Both the position numbers and the translations under genes were made by a program. Positions 12,848 through 26,349 of a DNA stretch of 64,000 bases are shown here, piece by piece. The notes below the pieces were generated by a model. That model saw only the letters and a list, made by a program, of their open reading frames with translations, searched no databases and was not told where the DNA came from. The DNA is taken from assembly GCF_009914755.1 (NCBI RefSeq), contig NC_060947.1; one strand, 5' to 3'. The DNA comes from the human T2T-CHM13v2.0 reference genome, Homo sapiens. Each line of letters starts with the position of its first letter. The stretch's first letter is position 1.

Positions 12848-15371
12848 TAGTGTTTTTCAAAGTTGTTCTATAGACCAGCATCAGCATCACCTGAGAACTT
12901 GTAGGAAAGAAAATTCTGGGGACCCATCCTCGACCTTTTGGATCAGAAACTCTGGGGGTGGGGCCCAGCAATATGAATTTTGGTTTTGTTTTTATACTTT
13001 ACTTTCTGGAATACATGTGCAGAACGTGCAGGTTTGTTACATTGGTATACACGTGTCATGGTGGTTTGATGCACCCATCAACCCATCATCTACATTAGGT
13101 ATTTCTCCTAATGCTATCCCTCCCCTAGCCCCTTAACCCCCGACATGCCCCAGTGTGTGACATTCCCCTCCCAGTGTCCATGTGTTCTCATTGTTCAACT
13201 TTCACTTATGAGTGAGAACATGTGGTGTTTGGTTTTCTGTTCCTGTGTTAGTTTACCTAGAATGATGGTTTCCAGCTTCATCCATGTCCCTGCAAAGGAC
13301 ATGAACTCATCCATTTTTATGGCTGCATAGTATTCCATGGTGTATATGTGCCATATTTTCTTTATCCAGTTTATCATTGATGGGCATTTGGGTTGGTTCC
13401 AAGTCTTTGCTATTGTCAGTAGTGCTACAATAAACATACGTGTACATGTGTCTTTACAGTAGAGTGACTTATAATCCTTTGGGTATATATCCAGTAATGG
13501 GATTGCTAGATCAAACGGTATTTCTGGTTCCAGATCCTTGAGGAATCGCCACACTATCTTCCACAATGGTTCAACTAATTTACATTCCCACCAACAGCGT
13601 AAAAGCATTCCTATTTCTCCAAATCCTCTCTAGCATCTGTTGTTTCCTGACTTTTTAATGATTGCCATTCTAACTGGAGTGAGATGGTATCTCATTGTGG
13701 TTTTGATTTGCATTTCTCTAATGGCCAATGACGATAAGCTTTTTTTCATGTTTGGCCACATAAATGTCTTCTTTTGAGAAGTGTCTGTTCATATCCTTCA
13801 CCTATTTTTTGATGGGTTTTTTTTCTTGTAAATTTGTTTAAGTTCCTTGTAGATTCTGGATATTAGCCCTTTGTCAGATGGATAGATTGCAAAAATTTTC
13901 TTCCATTCTGTAGGTTGCCTGTTCACTCTGATGATAGTTTCTTTTGCTGTGCAGAAGCTCTTTAGTTTAATTAGATCCTGTTTGTCAATTTTGGCTTCTG
14001 TTGCCATTGCTTTTGGTGTTTTAGACATGAAGTCTTTGCCCATGGCTATGTCCTGAATGGTATTGCCTAGGTTTTCTTCTAGGGTTTTTATGGTTTTAGG
14101 TCTAACATTTAAGTCTTTAATCCATCGTAATTTTTGTATAAGGTGTAAGGAAGGGGTCCAGTTTCAGTTTTCTGCATATGGCTAGCCAGTTTTCCCAATA
14201 CCATTTATTAAATAGGGAATCCTTTCCCCATTGCTTGTTTTTGTCAGGTTTGTCAAAGATCAGATTGTTGTAGAGGTGTGGCATTATTTCTGAGGCCTCT
14301 GTTCTATTCCATTGGTCTATATATCTGTTTTGGTACCAGTACCATGTTGTTTTGGCTACTGTAGCCTTGTAGTATAGTTTGAAGTCAGGTAGCATGATGC
14401 CTCCAGCTTTGTTCTTTTTGCTTAGGATTGTCTTGGCTATCCAGGCTCTTTTTTTGGTTCCATATGAAATTTAAAGTACGTTTTTCTAATTCTGTGAAGA
14501 AAGTCAATGGTAACTTGATGGGGAGAGCACTGAATCTATAAATTACTTTGGGCAGTATGACCATTTTCACGATATTGATTCTTCCTATCCATGAGCATGG
14601 AATGTTTTTCCATTTGTTTGTGTCCTCTCTTATTTCCTTGAGCAGTGGTTTGTAGTTCTCCTTGAGGTCCTTCGCATCCCTTGTAAGTTGTATTCCTAGG
14701 TATTTTATTCTCTTTGTAGCAATTGTGAATGGGAGTTCACTCATGATTTGGCTCTCTGTTTGTCTATTATTGGTATATAGGAATGCTTGTGAATTTTGCA
14801 CATTGATTTTGTATCCTGAGACTTTGCTGAAGTTGCTTATCAGCTTAAGGAGATTTTGGGCTGAGATGATTGGGTTTTCTAAATATACAATCATGTCATC
14901 AGCAAACAGAGACAATTTGACTTCCTCTCTTTCTATTTGAATACCCTTTATTTCCTTCTCTTGCCTGACTGCCCTGGCCAGAACTTCCAATACTATGTTG
15001 AATAGGAGTGGTGAGAGAGGCCATCCTTGTCTTGTGTGGGTTTTCAAAGGGAATGTCTCCAGCTTCTGTCCATTCAGTATGATACTGGCTGTGGGTTTGT
15101 CATATATAGCTCTTACTATTTTGAGATGTTTCATCAATACCTAGCTTATTGAGAGTTTTTAGCATGAAGGGTGTTGAGCTTTATCGAAGGCCTTTTCTGC
15201 ATCTATGGAGATAATTATGTGGTTTTTGTCATTGGTTATGTTTATGTGATGGATTACATTTATTGATTTGCATTTGCTGAGTCAGCCTTGCATCCCAGGG
15301 ATGAAGCCGACTTGATCGTGGTGGATCCTCTAGATGATTCTAATGCACGCTCATAAGTTTGAGAACCATTA
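12848..15371 (+). mobile_element. MER5A split in two by an L1PA insertion (halves 12848-12981 and 15327-15371)
   Basis: The left half ends ...ggggcccagcaatatgaatttt and the right half resumes cctctagatgattctaatgcacgc...gtttgagaacca. Confidence 0.85.
12982..15326 (-). mobile_element. 5'-truncated L1PA (L1PA7-like), ~2.3 kb, with disrupted ORF2 RT/C-terminal remnants
   Basis: Frameshifted ORF2 peptides in the ORF track ([40 protein letters not shown]), followed by an L1PA 3' UTR. Confidence 0.95.
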
Positions 15372-15797
15372 CTGTAGCATACATTTTAAAACAGATTTTC
15401 AAGTGACTTCTAAATACGGGCTGCTGCTATTTTGGCTCTTGTGGGGTGCTGCTTTCCAAGGTAGGCTGGAAGCCTACCTTTAGCTATCAGTGCTATGTGT
15501 ATAATAGAGGGCAGCTGCTTAAAAAGTATTTAGGTTCCAGGGACAGGAATGTTCTTCTTTAGGGTGAGGAAGCTCCCAGGACCAAGAGGGCAATTCTTGA
15601 ATCACAGCTGCCCTTGTCAGGGGGAGATAAGTGCTGGTGAGCAGTTGCCATATATGTACTTCCCTGGTAAGGCTTCTTTTCATTAAGGCTTTTGTCTGGT
15701 TCCACAATGTTCACATAAGCCCTTGGGAAATTTCTCTTTCTGAGGTATTTACATTCACAAACCTCAAGTTCATCAAGCTGTTCATTTCATTTTGCAT

Positions 15798-18700
15798 AGC
15801 TTTATTAAGGTTTAGTTGACAAATAAAATTGTACACATTTATAATATACAATATATTTTTTCATACATGTAAACATTGTGAAATGATTAAATAAAGCTAA
15901 TTTACATATCCATAACCTCAAATACTTATCATTTTTTGTGGTGAGAACATCTAAGATCTACTCTCTTAGCAATTTAAGTATACAATACATTATTATTAAC
16001 TACAGTTACTATTCTGTATATTAGATTTCCAGAACGTACTCCTCTTGTTCAACTGAAGCTTTATAGCCTTTGATCAACAGCTCATTTCCTGCCCCACCCG
16101 CCCCATTCCTGGTGACCACCATTCTACCCTCTGCTTCTATGAGTTTGATGTTTTACTATTATAATTATTATTTTTAATATAATTTCAACCTCTATGTGAG
16201 ATTCAGGGGGTGCATGTGCAGGTTTGTTACATGGGTATATTGTGTGATTCTGAAGTTTGGGGTATGAATGATCCCAACACCTGGGTACTAACCACAGTAC
16301 CCAATAGTTTTCCAGTCCTTGTCCCCCTCTGTCCTTCCCTCCCCTATCTAGTAGGTCCCAGTGTCCATTGTTGCCATCTTTAGGTCCATGAGTACCCATT
16401 GTTCTTACTTATAAGTGGGAGCTAAACATGTGGTATTTGGCTTTCTGTTCCTACATTAATTTGCTTAGGACAATGACCTCCAGCTCTGTGTATGTTGCTG
16501 CAAAGGACGTGATTTCATTCTTTTTTATGGCTGCATAGTATTCCATAGTGTATATATACCACATTTTATTTATCCAATTCACCATTGATGGGCACCTAGG
16601 TTGATTCCATGTCTTTGCTATTGTGAATAGTGCTGCAATGAACAAACAAGTGCAGGTGTCTTTTTGGTAGAAACATTTATTTTCTTTTGTGTATATACCA
16701 AGTAATGGGATTGCTCTGTAAGAGTTCAGCTTTTTTACATTTCACATATGAGATCATGTGGTATTTGTCCTTCTGTGCCTGGTTTATTTCCTTAGCATAA
16801 TGTCCTTCAGTATCATCCATGTTGTACAAATGACAGGATTTCCTTCTTTTTTATGGCTGTATAGTATTTCATTGTATATGTGTGTGTGTATATATATATT
16901 TCATATATTTTTTATATATGAAATATATATTATATATAACATATATTTTTATATATGAAATATATATTATATAACATATTTTCTTTATTCATCATCTTTA
17001 TTCATCATAAAGAATAAATTCATTCTTTATTCATTCATTTATAACACATTCATTCAAGTGTTGTTGGACACTTAGATTTATTCCATATCTTGGCTATTGT
17101 GAATAGTACTGTAATAAACATGGGAGTGCAAACATCTCTTTAACATACTGATTTCATTTGCTTTAGATATATACCCAGAAGTAGGACTGCTGGCTTATAT
17201 TATAGTTCTATTTTTAGTTTTTTGAGAAGCCCCCCTACTGTTTTCCATAATGGCTATACTAATTTACATTTCTACCAATAGTGTATAAGGGTTCCTTTTT
17301 CTTCACACCCTCACCAACACTTGTCTTTTTGATTATAGACATTCTAACATATGTGAGGTGATATGTCACTGTGGTTTTGATTTGCATTTCACTGATGATT
17401 AGTGACGTCAAACATTTTTTTAAATATACCTGTTGACCATTTATATATCTTCTTTTGAGAAATGTCTCTTCAGATCTTTGGCCCATTTTGTAATCAAGTT
17501 ATTTGTTTTCTTACTATTGACTTGTTTGATTTCCTTATATGTTTTGGATATTAACTCCTTATCAAATATGATTTGCAAATATTTTCTCCAATCCTGCAGG
17601 TTGTCTCTTTACTCTGTGGATTGTTTCCTTGGCTGTACAGAAGCTTTTTAATTTGATGCAATCCAACCTATTTTTGCTTTTGTTGCCTGTGCTTTTAGGG
17701 CCATAGCCAAAAAATCTTTGCCAAAGCCAAATGTCAAAAAGCTTTTCCATATGTTTCCTTGTAGTAGTTTTAGAGTTTAAGGTCTTATGTTTAAGTCTTT
17801 AATCAATTTTGAATTGGTTTTTATATATGATGTAGGATAAGAGTCCAATTTCATTCCGCATGTGAATATCCAGTTTTCATGACACCATTTACTGAAGAGA
17901 CTGTGCTTTCCCCATTATGTGTTCTTGACACCTTTGTTGAAGACCAGTTGACTGTAAATGTGTGGATTTATTTTTGGGCTCTCTCTTCTGTTCCATTGAA
18001 TGGTATTTCCGTTTTTATGCCAGTACCATACTGTTTTGATTACTATAGTTTTGTAGTATATTTGGGATCAGGTAGTATGATGCCTCCAGCTTTTTTTTTT
18101 TCCTCAATATTTCATTAGCTATTTGGGGTCTTTTGTGGTTCCTTACAAATTTTAGAATTTTTTATTCCTGTGAAAAAATGTAGTTGGAATTTTGATAGAG
18201 ATTGCATTCAATCTGTAGATTGTTTTCAGCAGTATGGACATTTTAATGATAGTAATTCTTCTAACCCATGAACATGGAATATCTTTATTTTTTATTTATT
18301 TGTCTTATTTATTGTGTCCTCTTTAATTTATTTCATCAATATTTTATAGTTTTTAGTATACAGATTTTTACCTCATTGATTAAATTTATTCCTAAGTATT
18401 TTAGATTTATTTTGATGCTATTGTAAATGGGATCATTTTTAAAATTTCTAAGTTTGTTGTTAGTGTATAGAAACATTATTGATTTTTACAGGGTAACTTT
18501 GTATCCTGCAACTTTACTGAATTCTTTTATTATTTCTAAGAGCCTTTTGGTGGACTTCTAGGGTTTTCTGTATAAGATCATGTCACCTACAAATAAAGAC
18601 AATTTAACTTCTTCCTTTTCAATTGATATGGCTTTTATTTCTTTTTCTTGCCTAATTGCTCTGGTAGGACTTTCAGTACTATGTTTAGTAGAAGTGGGGA

Positions 18701-18985
18701 AAATGGGTGCCCTTGTCTTGTTCCCTATTTTAAAGGAAAAGCTTTCAGCTTTCCACCATGGAATATAATGTTAGCTGTGGGCTTCTCATATATAGCCTTA
18801 TTGTGTTGAGGCACATTCCTTCTACACCTAATTTTTGGACAGTTTTTTTTTTTTATCATGAAAGCATGTTGCACTTTGTGAAATTCTTTTTTTGTATCTA
18901 TTGAGATGATCATAAGACTTTTATCCTTCTGCTAATGTGGTATATCACATTTATTGATTTGTGTATGTTGAACTATCTTTGCAGT
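15798..18985 (-). mobile_element. L1MA-type element with a nested L1PA(13-16)-like 3' fragment at ~16155-16716
   Basis: L1MA 3' end (ttgacaaataaaattgtacacattt...) and ORF2 remnants. A second poly-T and 3' UTR (gtgcatgtgcaggtttgttacatgggtat) interrupts it. Confidence 0.88.
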
Positions 18986-19188
18986 AAGGAAATAAGGAAA
19001 TTCAGTGGGGAATGGGTTGCGAAGGTGGGGGTAGGTGAATCTATGTTCCTCAGAAGGAAAATAATATAGCATTATGGTATGTTAACAATGTTCCCCTGAA
19101 GTGTAGAGGACTCATTTTTCATTGTATATGCCTTTGTACTATTTGAATGGTTTTCCTTCTGCAAGTATTGCTTTGGGAAAAAAAAAAG

Positions 19189-20946
19189 AAACACTTAAAG
19201 ATCAACTTTTACAAAACCAAACTAATTCTTTTTTGCTATGGTTTAAATATGTATGTCCCTTCAGAATTCATATTGGGACTTATCTCCCAAGGTGATGGTA
19301 TTAAGAGATAAGGCCCCTTGGGAGGGGATTAGGCATTGAGGGCTCTGCCCTCAGGGATGGTATTAGTGCCCTTATAAAAGGGTTTGAGGAAGAGTTTGCC
19401 TCTTTTGCCCTTCTACTTCTTCTGCTATGTGAGGACACAGCATTTTTCCCCTTTGCTTTCCTTCTATGTGAGGACACAGCAACAAGGCACCACCTTTGAA
19501 GCAAAGAATAGCCCTCACTGGATACTGAATCTGCTGGTGCCTTGGTCTTGATTTCCCAGCCTCTAGAACTGTGAGAAACAAATTTCTGTTCCTTATAAAT
19601 TACCCACTCTAAGGTATTTTGTTGTGGTAGCATAAACGAACTAAGACACCTTCCCACTCTTCTGCTGGTGCTGGTGACAGGTGACATTTACTAAGGTGAG
19701 AAATCTGGTAGATACTCTGGACTCCCTCCTCTTATTTACCCCTCAAATCTGTCTAATCAGGCACCAAGACTTATTGATTCTACCTCCTAGACTATATAAT
19801 TCTCAAATCTGCCCCTCCACTCTATCCCTGAATCACTTTAACTATAGCATTCATTTTGTAACTGGTTGACCTGCCTCTTTTCTCCCTGCAAAATGCCAAT
19901 GAATACATCTTTTCAGAGTGCAAATCTGGTCCTGCCACTCTCATGCTTAAAATTCTTCACTGGCTTCCTAGTACTTATGGGAAAAGTCCAAATTCATTAG
20001 CTTGGCAGCCTAGACCTTCCTTGTTCTTAACCACTATTCTAACCTCCCTCCTCTACAGGTACAGGTAGAGGGATAGGAAGGGAAGATGATGAACCTGAAA
20101 TTGATAATAAAAGGGAAAGCCTCCCAGAAATCCTTCATGACCAAGAAGAGTGCTGAGGGCCAGGAGAGAACTTAGGACAAAGAAAAACCATGAATTAGCC
20201 ATGGGGAGATCTGGAGAAGCAGTCTGCAGGATACTGCATCCATGTTGGGGAGCAGAGGAGTCTACAAGGAATGTGAATGCACAGCATTCAGGCAGGAATG
20301 CTTTGATGCTGGGGACATTTCTTATGGAACACTGAAGGAGCATGAAACTTGAGGTATTCTGACATGCATAATACAGAATATATAATGTCTACTAACAGTC
20401 TGCATCCAGGGGGAAATCCAAATTGAGATCTGGTTGTCAAGGAAGGGTAGAAATTCACTCAGATGAAAGGTACTTCTAGAGAAGGAATAGCATATTAAAA
20501 TCATGGAAATGAAAGGGGAACAATGGTGTCCTGAGGGTAGGATATATGAGGAAGAGAAGTGGTGAACAGTAAGGCCAGACAGGCAAACTGGGCCAGAACA
20601 TGGAGAATAGTAAAATCAGATTCACATTTTGGAAAGATGTGTCCATTGGCATTTTGTAGGGAGAAAAGATGCAGGTGGATCAGAGAGGAAATGAACACTA
20701 TAGTCCAAGTGATGTATAATGCAGGGATAGAGTAGAGGGGCAAGTTTGAGAAATGTCTGGTCTAGGAGGTAAAATCAGTTAGTCTTGGTAGCTGATGAGA
20801 CAGATGTGAGGGATAAATAAGAGGGAGTATACAGTGTCTATTAGATTTTTCACTCTAGTTTATGATTCAGCCTGTCGCTAGCATCAGCAGAAGAGTGGGG
20901 AGGAGAATTAGTTCGGTTTTAGAAAAATTGCAGTTTTTAAGTATTT
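19189..20946. repeat. Ancient inverted duplication of L2-derived sequence: left arm 19189-19947 (interrupted by the MST LTR), right arm 20597-20946
   Basis: Hand alignment of three blocks of the left arm against the reverse complement of the right arm gives 27/31, 56/64 and 51/60 matches. Homology continues on both sides of the LTR. Confidence 0.8.
19234..19648 (+). mobile_element. ERVL-MaLR solo LTR (MSTC/MSTD-like)
   Basis: TG...CA termini: tgctatggtttaaatatgtatgtcc ... ttccttataaattaccca...aactaagaca. Confidence 0.88.
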
Positions 20947-21604
20947 TTAAATTATTTAAAGCAATACTTGTAGAAGGAAAACCATTCACATAGTACAAAG
21001 GCATATACAATGAAAAAGGAGTGCCCCATACTCCAGGGGAAACCACTTTTAACAGTTTGTTGTTTATCCCTGAGCAGCAATATGGCAGAGTGTGAAGAAC
21101 ATAAGCTCTAGAACAAGACTGTCTGTATTTGAATCTACCATTTCCAGCTGTATGTCCTTGGGCTAGTTATTTAACCTCTCTGCCTCACTTACATTATCTC
21201 TAAAATGGGAATTATAATAATGGGACACAGAAAAGGCAGGTTATAATACTGCTTGGAACCTTGCCGTTTGTGCTTAACGATATATACTGGAGATAATTCC
21301 GTATCCACATATACTTTTCTTAAATAAATTTTAAATAACTGAATAGTATTTCACCAAGTGAACTTTTTATAGTTTATTTAGCCTTTACTCAAGTAATGAA
21401 TACTGAAGTTGCTTTTGCTAAGACAAATAATGTTGTGATTAATACCTTTTTACATGTCTTCACACACATACATGATTATATATTTTATATAAAGTCCTAC
21501 AAGTGGAACTATAGGTCAAAAAGTACATCAATGTTTAATTGTGATAAAATATACTAAGATCCAAAGAGGTTATGCTAATTTATACTTCCAACAGTGTGTC
21601 AGAG

Positions 21605-21758
21605 CAGTGCTTTACGAAGTTTCATATACCTACAAGTCACCTGGGGATCTGATTAACAGGCAGATTCTGATTTAGTAGATCTGGGGTGGAGCTGAATTTC
21701 TAAAAAGCTCTCAGTTGATGCAGATGCTGCTGATCCAAGGACCACACTTTGAGTAGCA
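21605..21758. mobile_element. MER5-family MITE
   Basis: cagtgcttt...gtcacctggggatctg...gcagattctgatttagtagatctggggtgg...gaccacactttgagtagca. Confidence 0.8.
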
Positions 21759-21902
21759 AGGTATAAGAGCACATGTATTTCTCCACATGCCTGCCCCCCA
21801 AAAAATGTACATTAAACGCTCTGATTTTTCCCATTCTGATAGGTGAAAGTTACATCTTATTGCTTAAATTAATCTATACTGCTTTAATTGTAAGTGTTGA
21901 GC

Positions 21903-22307
21903 TTCTCTCTCTCTCTCTCTCTCCCTCCCTCCCTCCCTCCCTCTCTCTCCCTCCCTCCCTCCCTCCCTCCCTTCCTCCCTCCCTCCCTCTCTCTCCCTCT
22001 CTCTCTCCCTCTTCCCCTCTCCATCTCTGAGTTAGGGTCTTGCACTGTTGCCCAGGCTGGAGTGCAGGGGCGTGATCACGGCTCACTGCAGACTTAAACT
22101 CTGGCTCAAGTGATGCTCTCGCCTCAGCCTTCTCTGAGTAGCTGGGACTACAGGGCGTGCACCACCATACCTGGCTAATTTTTAGACTTTTTGTCAAGAC
22201 AGGGTCTCACTATGTTTCTCAGGCTTGTCTTGAACTCCTGGTCACAAGCAATCCTCCTGCTTTGGCTACCCAAAATGTTGGAATTACAGGCATGAGACAC
22301 TGTGCCA
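21903..22307 (-). mobile_element. AluJ with its tail expanded into a ~125-bp (CT/CCCT)n polypyrimidine tract
   Basis: Near-pure C/T tract at 21903-22028, then gagttagggtcttgcactgttgcccaggctgg...catgagacactgtgcc. Confidence 0.9.
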
Positions 22308-22589
22308 ACAGAGTATCTTTCATTTGTTTTTATAAGCCCACTTTCTTTTTGTCTGAACTGCCTGTTCAGGTTCTTTTTTCCTTTTTTGAATGGTTTGTTG
22401 GCATTTTCCTGTTATTCTCAAGAGCTCTTTATATATTATATATTAAGGGAACCAGCCTCTTGCCATATCAGATGCAAAACCTTTTCCCCAGTTTTTTTCT
22501 TTGGATTTTATTTTTGTATTTTTCGGGTGCTTTAAATTTCAACTTTCGTGTTGTCAGATTTAACAATTTTCTCTTTTATGGCTTCCAGG

Positions 22590-22892
22590 TTTTTTTGTTT
22601 GGTTGGTTGTTTTTTGTTTTTGTTTTTGTTTGAGACAGGGTCTCATTCTATCGCCCAGGCTGGAGTGCAGTGGTGCGATCTCCACTCACTGCAACCTCTG
22701 CCTCCAGGATTCAAGTGATTCTCATGGGATTACAGGCGTCCAACACCACGCCTGGCTAATTTTTGTATTTTTTGTAGAGACGGGGTTTTGCCATGTTGCC
22801 TAGGCTGGTCTCGAATTCCTGAGCTCGGGTAATCTGCCCGCCTCGGCCTCCCAAAGTGCTGGGAATACAGGCATGAGCCACCGCACCCGGCC
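22590..22892 (-). mobile_element. Alu (J/S) with a small internal deletion
   Basis: gattctcatgggattacagg lacks the cctcagcctcccgagtagct segment; TSD core ccaggtttt on both sides. Confidence 0.92.
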
Positions 22893-23358
22893 AGCACCCA
22901 GGTTTTGTGTTTTGCTTAGAAAGACTTTTCTTATTTAAAGATAAGATCATATACTAAAAGTTATATACTAAACAATTGTCTTTGAATCATGGTTAGACTT
23001 CATTACGGTTTACTGATCAGTCTATTCATGTGCTTAGTACCAAAGTATTTTAATTACTGTAATTTTATAATATGTTTTAACAGGACTAGCTGCTTTGTCT
23101 TTTATTCCTCTTTTATTCAGACCTTTCCTGACTAGTCTTACATATGTACTTCAGAATCAGTTTGGGCATGTTGGATTGTAATGCGTCTGGAGGACAACTC
23201 CGTGTGTAGAAATTTAACATGCAGTTGAAAATGATAATCTGGAATCTGGGCATGTGTTCTTCCCTAGATATAGAAATCTGGGAGTCATCAGTGGTACCTG
23301 AAGCCCCTCAATAAAAGTTCATAGAATAAGAAAATGAGGCTGAGATAGAACTCTAGGT

Positions 23359-23524
23359 TAGTGGTTCTCAAAATTCAGTCCCCACACCCGCAGCATCAGC
23401 ATTATCTGAGAACTTCTTGAGCTCCTACTAGATCAGAAACTCTGGAGACAGGGGAGGAGCAGTATGTTCTTTAATATAAACTCTCCAGGGAAATTTAACG
23501 TATGTTCAAATCTGAGAACTACTG
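23359..23524 (+). mobile_element. MER5A with a degenerate 8-bp hAT TSD
   Basis: tagtggttctcaaa ... tgagaactactg terminal inverted repeats; flanks ctctaggt / ttctaggg. Confidence 0.85.
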
Positions 23525-23612
23525 TTCTAGGGTATATCTGTGGATAAGACAAATTAAGGAAAAAGAGCTCAAGATAACTAGTAGTAGGAAAACAAGGAAA
23601 AAGAAGTGTTAT

Positions 23613-23936
<324 letters not shown>

Positions 23937-26289
23937 CTAGAAAGTGCTCAACAGTGCCCAAAGCTGCAATGATGAAACAAAATAATATTTATTAAGCAAC
24001 TACTATTTCCAAAGGGCTTATGTATATCAGCTCATTTACTCATGTAATAAAGTAAATATCATTATCCCCATTTTACAGAAAAGGAAACTGTGATTAAGTA
24101 ACTTACCAAAGGTCATCTAGCTTATATGTGATTTGACACCAGTTCTACCATATAATAATGGCTTAAAAACTTACTGAAAAATTGCACATTAGAAAAGGAG
24201 AAGAAACTACGCTCCTTGGATTTTTTTTCAATCTGGAAGACATTAATTCACCTTGGAACCATACAGAGGACAGTGGCATAGTAGTGGTAGGAGTAGAAGG
24301 CAGACTGTAGTGAGGAAATGGGAGGTGAGAAAATAGAGCCAATGTCTAAGATGTTTGGCTGTGAAGGAAAAGAAATTGGTAGTTGGATGAGGGTAAAGGT
24401 TAAGGGCAGATTATGTTTTTAGGATGAAGAGACCACCTGCAAATATTTATGTAGAATTTAGATTAATTTAGATTAGAAATTTCATTCTAAGGCTCCAGGA
24501 CAATCTCTAGTCCTGACCTCTCACTTAAATACCACACCAGTTCTACCTACTCCCTACAACTGCCCACTGGCTTTCTATATCTTCTATCACCCCAAACTAA
24601 AAACAACAAAAACCAAACAAAAATTGATGCCAAGCCTAGCTCTTTCTATTTTTGTTTTGTTTGTTCATTTTAAATCCTTAAAGGTCTGACTGGCTCAAAC
24701 CTGGTAATCATTGTGTACTCCTCCTCTTCTTCAGCCTTTATACTGAATTAGTCACCAAGTGCTGGCTTTGAAATATCTTCACCTATTAACTTGTCCTGTC
24801 TATTCCTACTGTCACTGCTCCCTGTACTACATAAGCAATTGTGTAGCATGAGCTCCTTACATCCAATCCAACCCACACCAATTTTCCACAAATTCCAATC
24901 TCATACTTATTCATCTGCTTGCAATCCTGCAGTGGTTCCCCATGGCCTACTAAGTAAAGCTTGCTTTTTCTGGGCCTTCTATAGATTGTTCACATTTATC
25001 TCTCACTGATCCCCTATATAAATCTTAAGTTGGATGGACCTCCTTTATGTTTCCCAAAACTACGTTTCTTTCCATCCCTTTTTTATGCATTCCTATGAAC
25101 TATTTAGGAATTAAGCAAAGCTCCCCCTCTTGTTTGCAAGCATAGTGTTATGTTTTCTTCCTCTAATCTTCAAAATCACTTGCTGCTGGCATCACTCATT
25201 TTGATAACCACGTACTTCCCTGCTCAAGCATTTTGCCTATGTATGTCTTATCTCTCTCAACTAGAGTACAGGGCTAGAGCATACTCCTTCTATGATCACC
25301 ACCACATTGCTTAACATACATGCTCAGCACTCAAAAATATTTGTTAAATCAATGAAATTGTATCATGAGACCTTGCCATTTGAAGAGATCATTGGTGAAT
25401 TAATTTTGGAAAATGCCTTTTTAAAAAACTCTCAAATGCCATATTAAGAACAACAATACACATTCACTGACTATGTACCCAGTATCAGGTACTTTCTCTT
25501 GAAGTACCTATTTAATTCTTACCAGATCCCTGTCGGGTGAAGGTTATTACTCTGAAACCATAAAGAGAAGACTATGACATGTTTAAAGACTTGCCCAGTA
25601 TTTCTACTACTTCTACAGAGTACTCACAGCCTGCATTCAAAACCCCCAAGTCCATTGCTCTATTCTCCACAACACAGATTTTTTCTTTCATTTTTATTTT
25701 TTAAACAGGATCATATTGTTCTTACTTGAATTAAAAAGATTATTTTTCTGTACTTTTGATATGAAAATTCTAATTAAGAAAATAGGTAAATAATGAGTAT
25801 ATTTTTATCTCAGGTTTAGTGTCTAATTACAGTTTCTGTCACTAATGAGAGAAAGTACCTTTGTGTCCCCAAAGTAAACTTGTACCATAATGCAAAGGGA
25901 GATGAGATGCAGCTGGGTGTTGCATTAACATTCATAATTATGCATCATATGTTCCAGAAATGAATTGTTGTTTGACAGCAAGGGAAATGACAATAGTAAG
26001 AATTATAGCAAAAGCACATAAGGTTAATCAACATATAATCGACTCTCAAATATGCACATTTTGCATGTTTTCTTTTATTGGTGTTTATGATTTACTATTT
26101 AGAAACAACTGTAAATTAATCTACTAGAATATATTTCCCTATTAAAGATGCCTGAATTGAAAACATGCACATATAAAGTGAATACATTTTTAATGACACA
26201 TAGTAGATATATTACTTAAGGGAGATTTTGCTCCACAAATGCAATAACCTACACATAATGAGGTGTTCTCCAGCAATACTTGGTCTAAA

Positions 26290-26349
26290 ACACACAACAC
26301 ACCACACCACACACACCACACAGACACACACACACACACACACACACAC
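26290..26349 (+). repeat. Imperfect (CA)n microsatellite
   Basis: acacacaacacaccacaccac...acacacacac. Confidence 0.95.

Noticed and set aside
13195-15137. Long reverse-transcriptase-like ORFs (250 aa and others) as a novel RT system
   Set aside because: These are ordinary frameshifted L1 ORF2 remnants in a 5'-truncated copy.
19418-19482. Direct repeat ctatgtgaggacacagca x2
   Set aside because: It is internal to the MST LTR and probably a feature of the family consensus, not a locus-specific array.
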